Source: Myxococcota bacterium
GTDB lineage: Bacteria; Myxococcota; XYA12-FULL-58-9; JABJBS01
Assembly (NCBI GenBank): GCA_036339465.1
Contig: JAYZAY010000011.1
Span: 121,624-185,623, forward strand
DNA length: 64,000 nucleotides
Reading direction: 5' to 3'
Positions 21,518-31,992 of this stretch are shown here, piece after piece; position 1 is the stretch's first letter, and each line of letters begins with the position of its first letter. The position numbers and the translations under genes were made by a program. The notes beneath the pieces are model-generated. The model was not told the origin of the DNA. It made no database searches and was given only the letters and a program-made list of their open reading frames with translations.

Positions 21518-22459
21518 TTGATGAATCCAGTGGATATTAGAAACTTGGGATACAGTGTTCAGAAAAACTTTTGGGAATCTCCGATCTCCTTAATTAGGGA
21601 GATCTCCCTTGATGTTTGCGAAAGCGAGATATTTGGTTTTGTGGGCCCCAATGGAGCTGGGAAATCCACCACGATTCGTTGTCTTTTGGGATTGCAGAGG
21701 CCTACGGCGGGGACGGTTTCTTTGTTTGGGCTACGTCCGCAGTCAAAAGAAGTGCGTTCTCAAATCGGTTACTTACCGGATTCTCTGCGTTTGGCCTCTC
21801 ATATTACCGTGGATGAGTCTTTGATATTTCATGGTTGTAAAGTTGGCTTAGCGGCCTCCGAACTCCCGGTTATACTTGGAGAGTATTACGAGAAATTAGA
21901 TATGGTTTCTTATCGCCACAAGCGACTGAATGAGCTTTCTAAAGGTATGGCGCAAAGAGTGCGATTGGTTCAGGCTATTTTAGGAACGAAAAAACTCCTT
22001 GTATTGGATGAACCCCTTAGTGGCTTGGATCCCGTTGGGCGTAAATTGGTGACCGAGCTACTTATGGGTTTACGGGAGAAGGGCACATCCATTTTCTTTT
22101 CTAGTCATATCTTACATGATGTGGAGGTTCTATGTGATCGCGTGGCGGTGATAGATGGAGGGGCACTGAAACGGGTGGGGCGTCTTGAAGAAATCATTGA
22201 TGCTTATCCGGCGTTGTATCAATTGATGTTTTCAGGCCTAGACATTTCGAAGGAGCAACTTAAGGGTTTCACCACTGACTTTGAGAGTTCAAAGGGAGTC
22301 TGTACTTTGCGTTTCGAAACTTTGGATACTGCCAATGATTGTCTTCGAAAGTTGCAAGAGCGGGGTGCTTTGATCAAGCGACTGGAGGCGATTCGTCCTT
22401 CCCTAGAACATATTCTGTGGACCGAGGGGGTCGGGGAAGATGGGAGACCGGAGGCATGA
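21518..22459 (+). CDS. ABC transporter ATP-binding protein (PilH-like)
   Basis: GPNGAGKST, LSKGM, LDEPLSGLDP, SSH. Confidence 0.92.
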   Translation: MMNPVDIRNLGYSVQKNFWESPISLIREISLDVCESEIFGFVGPNGAGKSTTIRCLLGLQRPTAGTVSLFGLRPQSKEVRSQIGYLPDSLRLASHITVDESLIFHGCKVGLAASELPVILGEYYEKLDMVSYRHKRLNELSKGMAQRVRLVQAILGTKKLLVLDEPLSGLDPVGRKLVTELLMGLREKGTSIFFSSHILHDVEVLCDRVAVIDGGALKRVGRLEEIIDAYPALYQLMFSGLDISKEQLKGFTTDFESSKGVCTLRFETLDTANDCLRKLQERGALIKRLEAIRPSLEHILWTEGVGEDGRPEA

Positions 22460-23247
22460 GATTTTTCATTTCATCTTTAGGCGCAGAGCTTAAACCGGAA
22501 CTTCTAGAGGCGTGGCGTAGTCGATTTTGGCCCATTTTGTGGGGGCTTGGGGTGTGCTTCATCCTGTTTATCGAATCTGTCTCCAGCGTTTCTATGGGAC
22601 AAGATGAGCGCGTATTTATGGATCTCACTTTGGCCCTACTTGGTTTTTTGGGCATGGGACTGAGCGGGATTATGGTTTTGCAGAAGATTTACGGAGACCG
22701 TTTTGGCGGCGCGATGCATGTAAATGAAACCCTACCCATGGGGGCGCTTACTTATGTGTTGGCGAGATATCTTGCTCTGGTTGTCGTGGTGGGGCTTACC
22801 CTCCTGGGCATTTTTCTGGCAGCAAGTCTGATTTTCTACATCTATGAGGGGGGGGTGCCCTCATCCCAGTTTTTTACCGCCGGCCTCTTCCTTTTCCTAG
22901 AGGTCATCCTATTGACTGCCTTGGCGCTTTTTGCGGCTATCTGCTTACGGCCTATTATCGGTGTGTCACTCTATACGACAGTCGCTATCGCGGGGAATTT
23001 TTCACCGGATATTTTGGTACTGGCGACGTCTTTGGGGAAGAAGGGACAATTCATGGCTGAAATTATTCTGACGGCGGTCTATTGGGTCATGCCTGATTTA
23101 TCCCTTCTGTCTTTGCGTGCCCATGCGTCTAGTGGGTTACCCATTTCAGGGGCGCTTTTTTTTGGAGGGATGACCTATGCCATTCTTTACGCGTCGGTTT
23201 TGATTGTTCTGGCGACCCTCCATATCCGATATCGGTTAAATCGTTAG
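22456..23247 (+). CDS. ABC-2 permease (PilI-like)
   Basis: Multi-pass membrane protein; ATG at 22456 overlaps the ATPase stop (ATGA) and follows GGAGG. Confidence 0.78.
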   Translation: MRFFISSLGAELKPELLEAWRSRFWPILWGLGVCFILFIESVSSVSMGQDERVFMDLTLALLGFLGMGLSGIMVLQKIYGDRFGGAMHVNETLPMGALTYVLARYLALVVVVGLTLLGIFLAASLIFYIYEGGVPSSQFFTAGLFLFLEVILLTALALFAAICLRPIIGVSLYTTVAIAGNFSPDILVLATSLGKKGQFMAEIILTAVYWVMPDLSLLSLRAHASSGLPISGALFFGGMTYAILYASVLIVLATLHIRYRLNR

Positions 23248-23353
23248 AAATTCACGAACCTTTGGTGGCTCTTGGGAAATTGCCCCGGGGAAATCATTGT
23301 CAGATGAGTTCGAACCGGATAAGGCGCTCTCAATATTTTTTGGAGCTGTAGCC

Positions 23354-24448
23354 ATGAGCATTAATATCGGTATTGTTGGTCTTCCCAATGTGGGTAAATC
23401 CACACTTTTTAACGCTCTTTCGGCAGCAGGAGCCGAAAGTGCCAACTTTCCATTTTGCACCATTGAACCCAATGTTGGGGTGGTGCCTGTTCCCGATACA
23501 CGCCTGGATAAACTAGCCGTTGTTTACGGCTCTCAAAAAATCATTCCCACCAGTTTAGAGTTTGTGGATATCGCTGGTTTGGTGAAAGGTGCCTCCAAGG
23601 GTGAGGGATTGGGCAATCAATTTTTGGCCAATATTCGAGAGTGCAATGCCATTGCCCATGTGGTTCGTTGCTTCGACGATGAGAACGTGGTGCATGTGGA
23701 TGGTTCGGTGGATCCCCTGCGCGACATTGAAGTCATTGAGACCGAACTCTGTTTGGCGGACCTGGCCAGTGTGGATAAACGTCTTCAGCGGACCAGCAAA
23801 TTGGCAAAGAGTGGGGATAAGGATGCCCGAGCGGTTCTTGGGGTGTTGGAGAAACTGGCCGAGGGACTCAACGAGGGTCGTGCGGTTCATGCCATGGGCT
23901 TGACTCCAGAGGAGCTTGAGCGGGTGGCAGATCTACATCTGCTCACGGAAAAACCGATGATGTACATTGCCAATGTCTCAGAAGCGGAAGCGGCGGATCC
24001 TGATAGTAACGAACACGTTCAAAAATTGAAGGTTCAAGTGGCACCGTCTCCAGTGATTTGCATTAGTGCGGCCATCGAGTCTGAAATTTCGCAGCTCGAA
24101 GACGAAGAACAAAAAGACTATCTAGAATCCTTGGGCTTGGAAGAACCGGGCCTCCACAAGGTGATTCGGGAAGGGTATGTCTTGCTCGATTTGATTACCT
24201 ACCTCACCGCGGGTCCAAAAGAAGCCCGAGCTTGGACCGTCAATCGAGGCTCCTCTGCTCCTGAAGCAGCTGGTGTTATCCATACTGACTTTCAGCGGGG
24301 TTTCATTAAAGCTGAGGTGAGTCGATGGGAGGACTTGGTGGACTATGGGTCCGAAGCCAGTGTGAAAGCGGCAGGCAAAATGCGGATCGAAGGTAAGGAG
24401 TACACCGTCCTCGACGGCGACGTCATGCACTTTCGGTTCAATGTGTAG
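23354..24448 (+). CDS. ychF: Redox-regulated ATPase YchF
   Basis: [29 protein letters not shown]-terminal [11 protein letters not shown]. Confidence 0.98.
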   Translation: MSINIGIVGLPNVGKSTLFNALSAAGAESANFPFCTIEPNVGVVPVPDTRLDKLAVVYGSQKIIPTSLEFVDIAGLVKGASKGEGLGNQFLANIRECNAIAHVVRCFDDENVVHVDGSVDPLRDIEVIETELCLADLASVDKRLQRTSKLAKSGDKDARAVLGVLEKLAEGLNEGRAVHAMGLTPEELERVADLHLLTEKPMMYIANVSEAEAADPDSNEHVQKLKVQVAPSPVICISAAIESEISQLEDEEQKDYLESLGLEEPGLHKVIREGYVLLDLITYLTAGPKEARAWTVNRGSSAPEAAGVIHTDFQRGFIKAEVSRWEDLVDYGSEASVKAAGKMRIEGKEYTVLDGDVMHFRFNV

Positions 24449-24915
24449 ATGTAATATCAATGAGTAAGCACAAAATTTACACCATGAGCTTTGCAAAGGT
24501 TTATCTTCTCTACGTCGCAAAAGCAGAGCGAAAAGGACGCACGAAAGCGGAGGTTGATGAAATTGTCCGATGGCTTACTGGATATGACCAGGCGGGTCTT
24601 GAAGCACGATTAGAAGACGAAACAGACCTCGAGAGCTTCTTTGGCCAGTCCCCTCGGCTGAATCCCCTGAGGAACAAGATCACGGGTGTCGTTTGCGGTG
24701 TTCGCGTGGAAGAGATTGAAGAAGAGACGATGCGAGAGATTCGTTATCTCGACAAGGTGATTGACGAGCTGGCAAAAGGGAAGCCAATGGCCAAGATTCT
24801 AAGAGAATGAGGGAGAGGCTCTCTTCTCTAATACAGACCAACGGCGACAGTGACTCTGAAAATCATCGATTTACCAGTGGTTACGAAGCAGATTACATTT
24901 CGGTTCAATGTGTAG
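24431..24915 (+). repeat. 18-bp direct repeat of the ychF 3' end (24431-24448 and 24898-24915)
   Basis: TTTCGGTTCAATGTGTAG occurs exactly at both positions and flanks the DUF2200 gene. Confidence 0.9.
24460..24810 (+). CDS. DUF2200 family protein
   Basis: [47 protein letters not shown]. Confidence 0.9.
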   Translation: MSKHKIYTMSFAKVYLLYVAKAERKGRTKAEVDEIVRWLTGYDQAGLEARLEDETDLESFFGQSPRLNPLRNKITGVVCGVRVEEIEEETMREIRYLDKVIDELAKGKPMAKILRE

Positions 24916-24990
24916 GTCCACCCTAAGTCCTCGAGAGCGACTCTTGCTTTCGAACAACTTGATTGAGGACGATGAAGAGTCAGGACTCGA

Positions 24991-25464
24991 TCAGCATCCA
25001 TCTGGAGCCGCTTTGTTCTTAGCTTGAAGCAGCGCCTGCCTCAGTCGCGCGACGATCTCCCGCTCATCTGTGGTCTCCACAATCGGGATCTGGTCCCCTT
25101 GATATTGTCGAACCAAGGCTCGATACTCCGGTAACCCAAAACCCTTTGTGTGTGCACGGCCACCTGGGATGGGCATGCGCGCAGCGTTATAGCGACAGGC
25201 TCCTGGGGCGAAGAAGACCACAGACCACGATCTCTCTCGCAACTTCGCGACAAAGTCGTCATCGTCGGTGCACGAGACGAATTCAACACCTCCAAGTAGC
25301 GCCGGCATTACCTCCGAGGCACGAAGTGCCATTTGGGGATCGCAGCCACGGGCGAGAATGGTCTTCGCCGAGAAATCCATCGATTCTCCGTCGCCAGCCC
25401 CCTGGACAACCTCAGCCATCATTCGATCCTGCGGAGATTGGGTGGGATCCTTGATTTCAGGCAT
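24991..25464 (-). CDS. Hypothetical protein
   Basis: ATG at 25464 preceded by GAGG; coding-like sequence (ARGCDP, VVFFAPGACR). Confidence 0.65.
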   Translation of the reverse strand: MPEIKDPTQSPQDRMMAEVVQGAGDGESMDFSAKTILARGCDPQMALRASEVMPALLGGVEFVSCTDDDDFVAKLRERSWSVVFFAPGACRYNAARMPIPGGRAHTKGFGLPEYRALVRQYQGDQIPIVETTDEREIVARLRQALLQAKNKAAPDGC

Positions 25465-25748
25465 GATTCTAACCTCGTGGAATTGTCTCTGGATTGGCGG
25501 TTCCGGTATCAAGATCGGACCCACTCGCTCACCAGTATCACAGCTGATGTCTTCGTCATAGACCTGACCAAGGTGAACATCCCCACTAAGATTCTCGCTC
25601 TTGATTCCACCGATGCGCACCTAGTTCTCGGTGGACAGCGGCACCGAGATCATCGAGGATGCGGAGGTTTGGGGCACGTTGAAATTCAAAATGGCGGGCA
25701 TCATGAACGCTCGAGTCAGGTTGCTGCGGGTCTGAGCTGAGCAGTTTC

Positions 25749-26984
25749 TCAGTCGAGTATGGGCTGTAGCTCTGAGGGGGCTAGGTTGATCTGGAGTGCG
25801 AGAAACAAACCCATTGCCGGCAAGACAGCGATGAGGTGGTAGAACGTTTCTCCTAAAAAGCCATAGGCTGAGGCTGCCAAAATAGGAAAGAGCGCATTGG
25901 ATAGTGAGATGATTGAATCGCCGATACCCATAATTTCTCCGGTATCTTTTGGCGGAGCATTTTGTGCTATGAGAGCGTTGAAGGTGGGGATGGAGAGGGA
26001 GATGCCTAGGTTCAGGATGTAATAGAAGCAAATATAAAGTCCCAAATTTTTCGTGAGTGTGATTGCGAAAAGTCCAATCACACACAGAAATAGACCTATT
26101 TTCATGGTGCTTAGTTCACCGAATTTGCGAATAAATCGCTTTGAAACAAATGCCTGATTGAAGGAAATAAAGAGCCCGACGGCCAGCATGAAAAGGCCGA
26201 GTTCTCTTGCGTCGAATTTGAAGACATCGATGATATAAAGTGCGATGGTCGCAATATAAGACGCCATCATGGAGCTAAAGAGGCTGCGGACGAGGAAGAT
26301 ACGCTTGATAATAGGAGGAGGATTTAAGGTTTGAATGCGTCCAATGAGCCACAATGAATGCATGAGTGATTGTTTTACAAGGGGTTTTCGATTTTCGGGG
26401 GGCAGCGACTCTTTGAGATTTAGCTGAATAGAGATGAGGGTTAGGGTGGAAATAAATGCCCCACAGATGGCCACACCCAGATAGCCCAAGGAGGTTGATC
26501 CGAGGTAGCCACCAATGCCTGGCCCCACAATCATACCCACACCGACGATGCCGCCCATGGTTCCGAAGATCCAACCCTTTTCTTGATGGGTGGTTATATC
26601 AGAGACGTAAGCCTGGGTGACCGAGTTATTACCGCCAGTCATACCATCGAACACCCGGGCGCAAGCGATCACGATTAGGGGCAGTGATACCCAGCCGATG
26701 GCAATATTGGGTAGAAACCAGGCGGCACCAAAAACAACCCAACTAAGTAGGGTGCCTGCTTGGCTTATTAAGAGCACGGGTTTGCGGCCTAAGGAATCCG
26801 ATAGGCGGCCTAACCAAGGTGCTCCAAGAAATTGAAAGAAAGAATAACAGGAGAGAAGAAATCCGTAGACTGCTTTTGGGGCACCGTACTCTTCGACCAC
26901 GAAGGGCAACACGGGCATAACGAGACTAAAACCCAGTACATTGACGAACGTAAGAAGGTAAGCCGGGAGGAATCTGTGTAACAT
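25749..26984 (-). CDS. MFS transporter, TetA/DHA1-like
   Basis: Motif A GRLSDSLGRKP, about 12 hydrophobic segments. Confidence 0.92.
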   Translation of the reverse strand: MLHRFLPAYLLTFVNVLGFSLVMPVLPFVVEEYGAPKAVYGFLLSCYSFFQFLGAPWLGRLSDSLGRKPVLLISQAGTLLSWVVFGAAWFLPNIAIGWVSLPLIVIACARVFDGMTGGNNSVTQAYVSDITTHQEKGWIFGTMGGIVGVGMIVGPGIGGYLGSTSLGYLGVAICGAFISTLTLISIQLNLKESLPPENRKPLVKQSLMHSLWLIGRIQTLNPPPIIKRIFLVRSLFSSMMASYIATIALYIIDVFKFDARELGLFMLAVGLFISFNQAFVSKRFIRKFGELSTMKIGLFLCVIGLFAITLTKNLGLYICFYYILNLGISLSIPTFNALIAQNAPPKDTGEIMGIGDSIISLSNALFPILAASAYGFLGETFYHLIAVLPAMGLFLALQINLAPSELQPILD

Positions 26985-27191
26985 GGGTACGTCAGTTTTC
27001 CATAGACGGAATCGCTACCGACAATGGCAGGTACCGTTTTTCTGAGGAGGTATCTCAAAGGTGTGTTTTGGGCAACTACTTATCCGGGCAGCTCTTTGCA
27101 CAGGTCGGTCTTGTGGTGTGGTCAAAAAATGTAAGAGGGAGGCTCTGCCCCCCAAAAAAAGATATCAAGTATTCGTATTTCTTGAATTTTA

Positions 27192-27831
27192 CTATTCTTG
27201 AGCGTTTTCCTCTGATTGCGAACGTGTTCCGGTGAGGGAAAACATACAATCGTCATAATCTCGGTCTCCCCCGCCGTACAAATCGTCAAAACCGAATTCC
27301 TGGCTGCCATCTTCAAAGGTATCAGCTCTGGCGTGGATTTCATGGTTGGGGTGTCGCTCGGCTCCCCCGGTGTAATAACTCTTGCCGGTATTTTTCACGT
27401 CCAGTCTGAAAATGAGTTCGGTTCCTGCGGGGAACTGCCCTAGATTAACGATTGTGCCTCTATCTGCAGAGTTGCAGATAAATGTGTCGGTATTGTCTAA
27501 ATAGAGTTCGTGGCGATAGCCAGCATTTTTACCTAGGCATTCAATGGTGACGCAGTCGCTTTGGCTGGATACCTCCAATTCACCGCCCACGATAGTCCCA
27601 GGAACCACCGGTTTTTCTTCCTCTGGCTCTTGCTCTTCTGCAGCAACCCCTGGAGCTTCGAAATCAATGACGTCGGTGATTTCGCCCCCTTCAAGTCCTA
27701 TCTCGCTTTGATGCGGTGGTGTTTGCACCAAAATATCCGTCCCACAGCTGGCCGAGCATCGTAGGCCCGCGAAAAAAGATCAGTGCTTGTCGACGCGTAC
27801 CCGTGGGATGGCGCCCAGTGGTGATTTTCAT
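27192..27831 (-). pseudogene. DUF4114-like exported protein with apparent one-base frameshift near the N-terminus
   Basis: C-terminal GFDDLYGGGDRDYDD. The RBS-preceded ATG at 27831 is 100 nt upstream of the main frame (out of frame by one); an A6 run lies at 27772-27777. Confidence 0.55.
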
Positions 27832-28167
27832 TGTTTTCCCCTCAGTTAGATGAATCCCAGTTAGGTGAATTCAGGTAACTAAAAGCAGTTCTTGTGCCAG
27901 GTTGGGTGTGAGGGGGGAGTGGTGTTTAAGGGATTAGAATTACTTCGGCTTTTTTCTAAATTGGTGGGAAGACCACCGAGTCTTGTGTTAAAAAATCTTG
28001 TCGCGAGCTGGGGGAATCACCGGTTAAGCGATTATTTTAGGGAGACAATCATGGAGGTTGTTAAAAAATTTTAACGCCAAAAAAATGGTCGATTTTGGAA
28101 GGTGAAAGTTTCGCGTTTTGGGGATGAATAGAGGGGTGGTGGAAAGTCCAGTGGATTGGGTTTGGGG

Positions 28168-28983
28168 TTAGCTTTGTAGACTCAGAAGGGTTGCTTTGTT
28201 CTCATTGTCTATGTGCTGCATTTGTATGGCGGCCTTAAGTCGCATCGCTTGAATGACTCGATGGGCGCTGTCGTCAATATAGTTGGTGTCCTCAATGGTG
28301 GCCACACTGGATTGGAGGCTGATCTTCCGACTGCTTAGGTGGCTATCGATGGCTCCATACCGATTGTCCGACGCACCAACATAGGCTCTTGCTCGATTCA
28401 GTTGCTCGAAGCCTTGGTCAATCGTGTCGATGCTGGCTTGGGCACTTACTTGGGTGTCCACGCTGCTTGCATGCAAGCCGAGGCTATTTAATTGGGTGTC
28501 GGGAAGATTCAGTTCTGTTTGATTGTTTGCTTCTGGTCCCGTCTGTGTTTGGAGTAAGCCGCCCTGGAGGAGTGCCTGATCGTTGAAGGAGGTGGTTTGG
28601 GCAACCCGATCGAAGTCTTGCTGAAGTTGGGAATATTCGTTTTGAATCGTGGCTCTTTGTCCATCGTTGAGGGTGCCATTGGCGCTCTGCACTGAGAGTT
28701 CTCTCATGCGATTTAGGAGCTCACCCTGGCTGTTTATCGCTTCATCCATAATGCTGGTCAGACTTTGGCTGTCCCGCACATTTTGGGAAGCCATATCCAT
28801 GGATGCATTTTCGGCCTCCAGCTGATCTAGGATGGCCATGGAGGTGGGGTTGCCAGCGGCGCGATGGATACGGTTACTCGAGCTGGTTCGCGCCATGTTT
28901 TTTTCAAGTCGCTCTTGTACCTGTTTCTGATCTCTTTGTATTCGAGAGGTAACTGGCTGAATCTTCATTGAATCTTCTCTCAT
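28168..28983 (-). CDS. Divergent flagellin-like protein
   Basis: LNRMRELSVQSANGT, IQNEYSQL, TTSFN, RAYVGA..NR are retained; the terminal D0 motifs are degenerate. Confidence 0.85.
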   Translation of the reverse strand: MREDSMKIQPVTSRIQRDQKQVQERLEKNMARTSSSNRIHRAAGNPTSMAILDQLEAENASMDMASQNVRDSQSLTSIMDEAINSQGELLNRMRELSVQSANGTLNDGQRATIQNEYSQLQQDFDRVAQTTSFNDQALLQGGLLQTQTGPEANNQTELNLPDTQLNSLGLHASSVDTQVSAQASIDTIDQGFEQLNRARAYVGASDNRYGAIDSHLSSRKISLQSSVATIEDTNYIDDSAHRVIQAMRLKAAIQMQHIDNENKATLLSLQS

Positions 28984-29116
28984 CCTCTTCCCACAATAGG
29001 TCTAGCGGTGGTGTTACCAACCGTCAAGGCACCACCAGCCAATAGGATATCATAACGCCTTATCTTTGGTTTGAGGAGGGGGTTTGTGCTGGCTTTGGTT
29101 GTTTCGGGGTATTGCT

Positions 29117-29803
29117 TTAGGTGCCAACAGTCCAGGGAAATCCAGGCGCTCCCTCAATTCCCCTCTCCCGGCGTATGTAGCCGAGGAACGGATTGTTTCT
29201 TAGTTCTTCGTCGATGGTGGTCATGGGACCGTGGCCGCTGTGGACCCGAAGATGACCAGGGAGTTGAGTCAACCGACGGAGACTCTCCACCATGAGTTGT
29301 GGATCGCTCATGGGAAAATCGGTGCGGCCAATACTGCCGGCGAAAAGGGTGTCTCCCACCAGAATATCCCCATCGTCAAACCAGCATCCTTGGCCGGGGG
29401 TATGGCCGGGGGTCGAAAGAAAGCCCAATGTGAGGTTGCCCAATTTCACTTGAGCGCCATCCTTTACTTCGTGGTCAATGCGTCCACAGGGCCGATCTAG
29501 GTGGGGCATGCCGAACATTGTACCCTGCATAGGCAAGGTTTCGAAGAGGGGGCGATCATCGGCGGGCATGTATGTGGGGACGTCCCATTTGTTTTGAAGA
29601 AAAGACAGTGCTCCAGCGTGATCAAGGTGTGTGTGGGTCAGTAGGATCATTTGAATATCGGGAGCGGGATCGAGCGCTTTGATCCGTTGAACAAGTTCAT
29701 CGGTTTCACCCGTGTCCACGATGGCGGCTACACCGGTTTCTGGATCAGAGATGAGATAGGTGTTGACCGAAAAGGCACCGACTGTAAAACATTGTACTTT
29801 CAC
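29117..29803 (-). CDS. MBL-fold metallo-hydrolase (glyoxalase II-like)
   Basis: THTHLDH, TPGHTPG, GDTLFAGSIGRTD, SGHG. Confidence 0.93.
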   Translation of the reverse strand: MKVQCFTVGAFSVNTYLISDPETGVAAIVDTGETDELVQRIKALDPAPDIQMILLTHTHLDHAGALSFLQNKWDVPTYMPADDRPLFETLPMQGTMFGMPHLDRPCGRIDHEVKDGAQVKLGNLTLGFLSTPGHTPGQGCWFDDGDILVGDTLFAGSIGRTDFPMSDPQLMVESLRRLTQLPGHLRVHSGHGPMTTIDEELRNNPFLGYIRRERGIEGAPGFPWTVGT

Positions 29804-29900
29804 CCGTGTCTCCTCTTTTGAATGGCCGTCTTTTTCTAGAGAGTGCTTATCGGTTCCTCTCGAACCTTACAACCGGTGGTAAGGTTCTATCTCCTTTTTC

Positions 29901-31253
29901 TTATTGAAGTTTTTGAGTTGGTATTTGGGTCTCGTCGAGGATGGTTATCCACTTACCTCGGTAGAGGGCCCATGCTTTAAGAATTGTTTTTAGGTAGGTG
30001 GTGATATTGATGGCCCACCAAATTCCCGCAGCGCCAAAGCCCATGGGGAAGGCGAAAAGCCAGCAGAGTGGAATTCTGGAAATGTTAAAAGGCATCGAAA
30101 ACCAAAAAATGGTTTTGGTGTCTCCGGCGCCTCCTAGGACCCCTTCAGTAAATGATTCCCAAGCGACGAAAATTTGGGACGCAGCGATGATAAGTGCGTA
30201 TTCAGTGGCCGCTTCGTGAACCATGGGATCTTCAGTGAACAAACCTGTTAGAGTGTGACCGACGAAAAAGAAGATCAAGCTCGCAGCTAGGCCACATAGG
30301 GATGTGGGGAGCAGAGCCAGCTTAATGATGCGCCAGGTTTGTTGGGGGGCTTGGGCACCAAGCGTTCGTCCCACAAAGGAACTAACGGCCATGGAAAGAC
30401 CATGAAAACAAGGCCAGGTAACACCTTCTAAGGCAGAGAATCCTATACCCAGTGCGGCATTCACGTGAGGCCCCAAAGGTGATACAGAGGTGAAAAGAAG
30501 CCCCCAGTAAACAAGGGCGTATGAAATTGTCCCTAGGGACATGGGCAATCCTATATCGAGAATCTTACGAAGCTCCCCTCGAATACGAAGGTCGTCGCAT
30601 TGGAGGCCTACGTTTTGGATCAGGATGATTAAACCGATGGCTGTTCCGAGGCTTGTGCTTAGGGCCGATGATAGAATAGCGCCAAAAACGTCTAGTTGGA
30701 GAACTTGGATAAAGAGAGGCGTCAGACACATATTTGTCGTTAGGATTAGGCCATGTAGAATCATGGGCACTCGGGCGTTCCCCATGGCGATGAAGCATTG
30801 ATCCACGATGGGGGATAGAACCATGGGGAGGGCGAAGAGCATGAAGTACTTGATGTAAATGGTTGCAGCTTCACCGGTTGCTCCAGACAAACCGAGCAGT
30901 GTACTCAGGGTTTGAGGAAGAACGAAGCCAAGGCCAGCTGTGAGGACGAACAGGATGAGTCCGCCCGTAAGTGTATTTCCCAAGAGTCGCTTAATCTCAT
31001 GGGGGCGTTTTGCGCCAACGGCATGGGCAATCAGTGGACTAACCCCGGCCGACAAAATCAGGTAGATCCCTGAAAAAAGGATCAGAACAAAAGAAGCCGA
31101 GCCCACTGCGGCTTGAGATTCCGTGCTGGTAAATTGTAACCAGTATTGATCAACGAGACGGTAGCCGTGCCTGAGCACTGAGAAAACAACACTCGGGATG
31201 GCCAGGCTAATGAGGTCTCGAAGTCCAAGATTGTGAAGATCTGGCTGATTCAT
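29901..31253 (-). CDS. MATE family efflux transporter
   Basis: About 12 TM segments, AMGNARVP, VGRTLGA, GAGDTK, GAAGIWW; likely start 31253. Confidence 0.88.
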   Translation of the reverse strand: MNQPDLHNLGLRDLISLAIPSVVFSVLRHGYRLVDQYWLQFTSTESQAAVGSASFVLILFSGIYLILSAGVSPLIAHAVGAKRPHEIKRLLGNTLTGGLILFVLTAGLGFVLPQTLSTLLGLSGATGEAATIYIKYFMLFALPMVLSPIVDQCFIAMGNARVPMILHGLILTTNMCLTPLFIQVLQLDVFGAILSSALSTSLGTAIGLIILIQNVGLQCDDLRIRGELRKILDIGLPMSLGTISYALVYWGLLFTSVSPLGPHVNAALGIGFSALEGVTWPCFHGLSMAVSSFVGRTLGAQAPQQTWRIIKLALLPTSLCGLAASLIFFFVGHTLTGLFTEDPMVHEAATEYALIIAASQIFVAWESFTEGVLGGAGDTKTIFWFSMPFNISRIPLCWLFAFPMGFGAAGIWWAINITTYLKTILKAWALYRGKWITILDETQIPTQKLQ

Positions 31254-31413
31254 GAGAGTGCAACTAAGGACTTTATGGTTATTTGCCAAGGACTTGTTAT
31301 TCTCGCTGAAGATCTCTAGGGAGTCATTGAGTGAGATTGTCAATCATGGGGCATTGACGTCTGGATGATCAAAATCTTTGTTTTAGAAGGTCACTCACCC
31401 ATGGTGGATAGGA

Positions 31414-31992
31414 TTGACCGAGGATGGGGTTTACAGGATGTTCTCAGGAAGAAAGTTATTCTTACTCATTGTGGGTATTGGTGTGGGTTCTTTTATCGGG
31501 CTTGGTCTGATTCTACCGGAAACCTATACGGCAGAGAAAGCGATTCTAATTTCGGCTGAACCCTCAAGTGTTTTTCCATGGATCAATGAGACCAAGAAAC
31601 ACCTAGAATGGTCCCCCTGGGCAGCCAGCGATGAGACTTTGGATTTTCGTTTTGGGCGTCAATTTGCTGGCGAAGGTGCTTGGTATGAGTGGGAGAGCGA
31701 TAGTTCCGGAAGAGGTCGATTGATTTTGGAACGAATTATTGAAAACAAGAGCGTTGCGTTTCGGCTCGATTTTAATGAGTCCCGTGAAGCTAAGGGACTC
31801 ATTCTTCTTCAGCCCATGGGTCAAGATACTCGTGTCGTATGGTCATTTACCGGGCAAGCGCCAAATTTAATAGGCCGATATTTGGGGCTGATGGTCAATT
31901 TACTTGCAGGCCCTCTTTTGAACGATGGCCTAATTCGATTGAAAATGTTGGCCGAAGGAAAAAGGCTCATTGAGCCAGGAAAAAACTTATAG
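31414..31992 (+). CDS. SRPBCC (polyketide cyclase-like) family protein
   Basis: N-terminal TM, WSPW, GAWYEW, TRVVW, GLIRLK. Confidence 0.82.
   Translation: MTEDGVYRMFSGRKLFLLIVGIGVGSFIGLGLILPETYTAEKAILISAEPSSVFPWINETKKHLEWSPWAASDETLDFRFGRQFAGEGAWYEWESDSSGRGRLILERIIENKSVAFRLDFNESREAKGLILLQPMGQDTRVVWSFTGQAPNLIGRYLGLMVNLLAGPLLNDGLIRLKMLAEGKRLIEPGKNL

Noticed and set aside
25465..26085. Abutting in-frame ORFs 25621-26085 and 24991-25620 separated by TAG (readthrough or pyrrolysine?)
   Set aside because: The upstream ORF mostly overlaps the MFS gene in another frame, the real gene has its own RBS at 25464, and I could not assign the intervening sequence to any family
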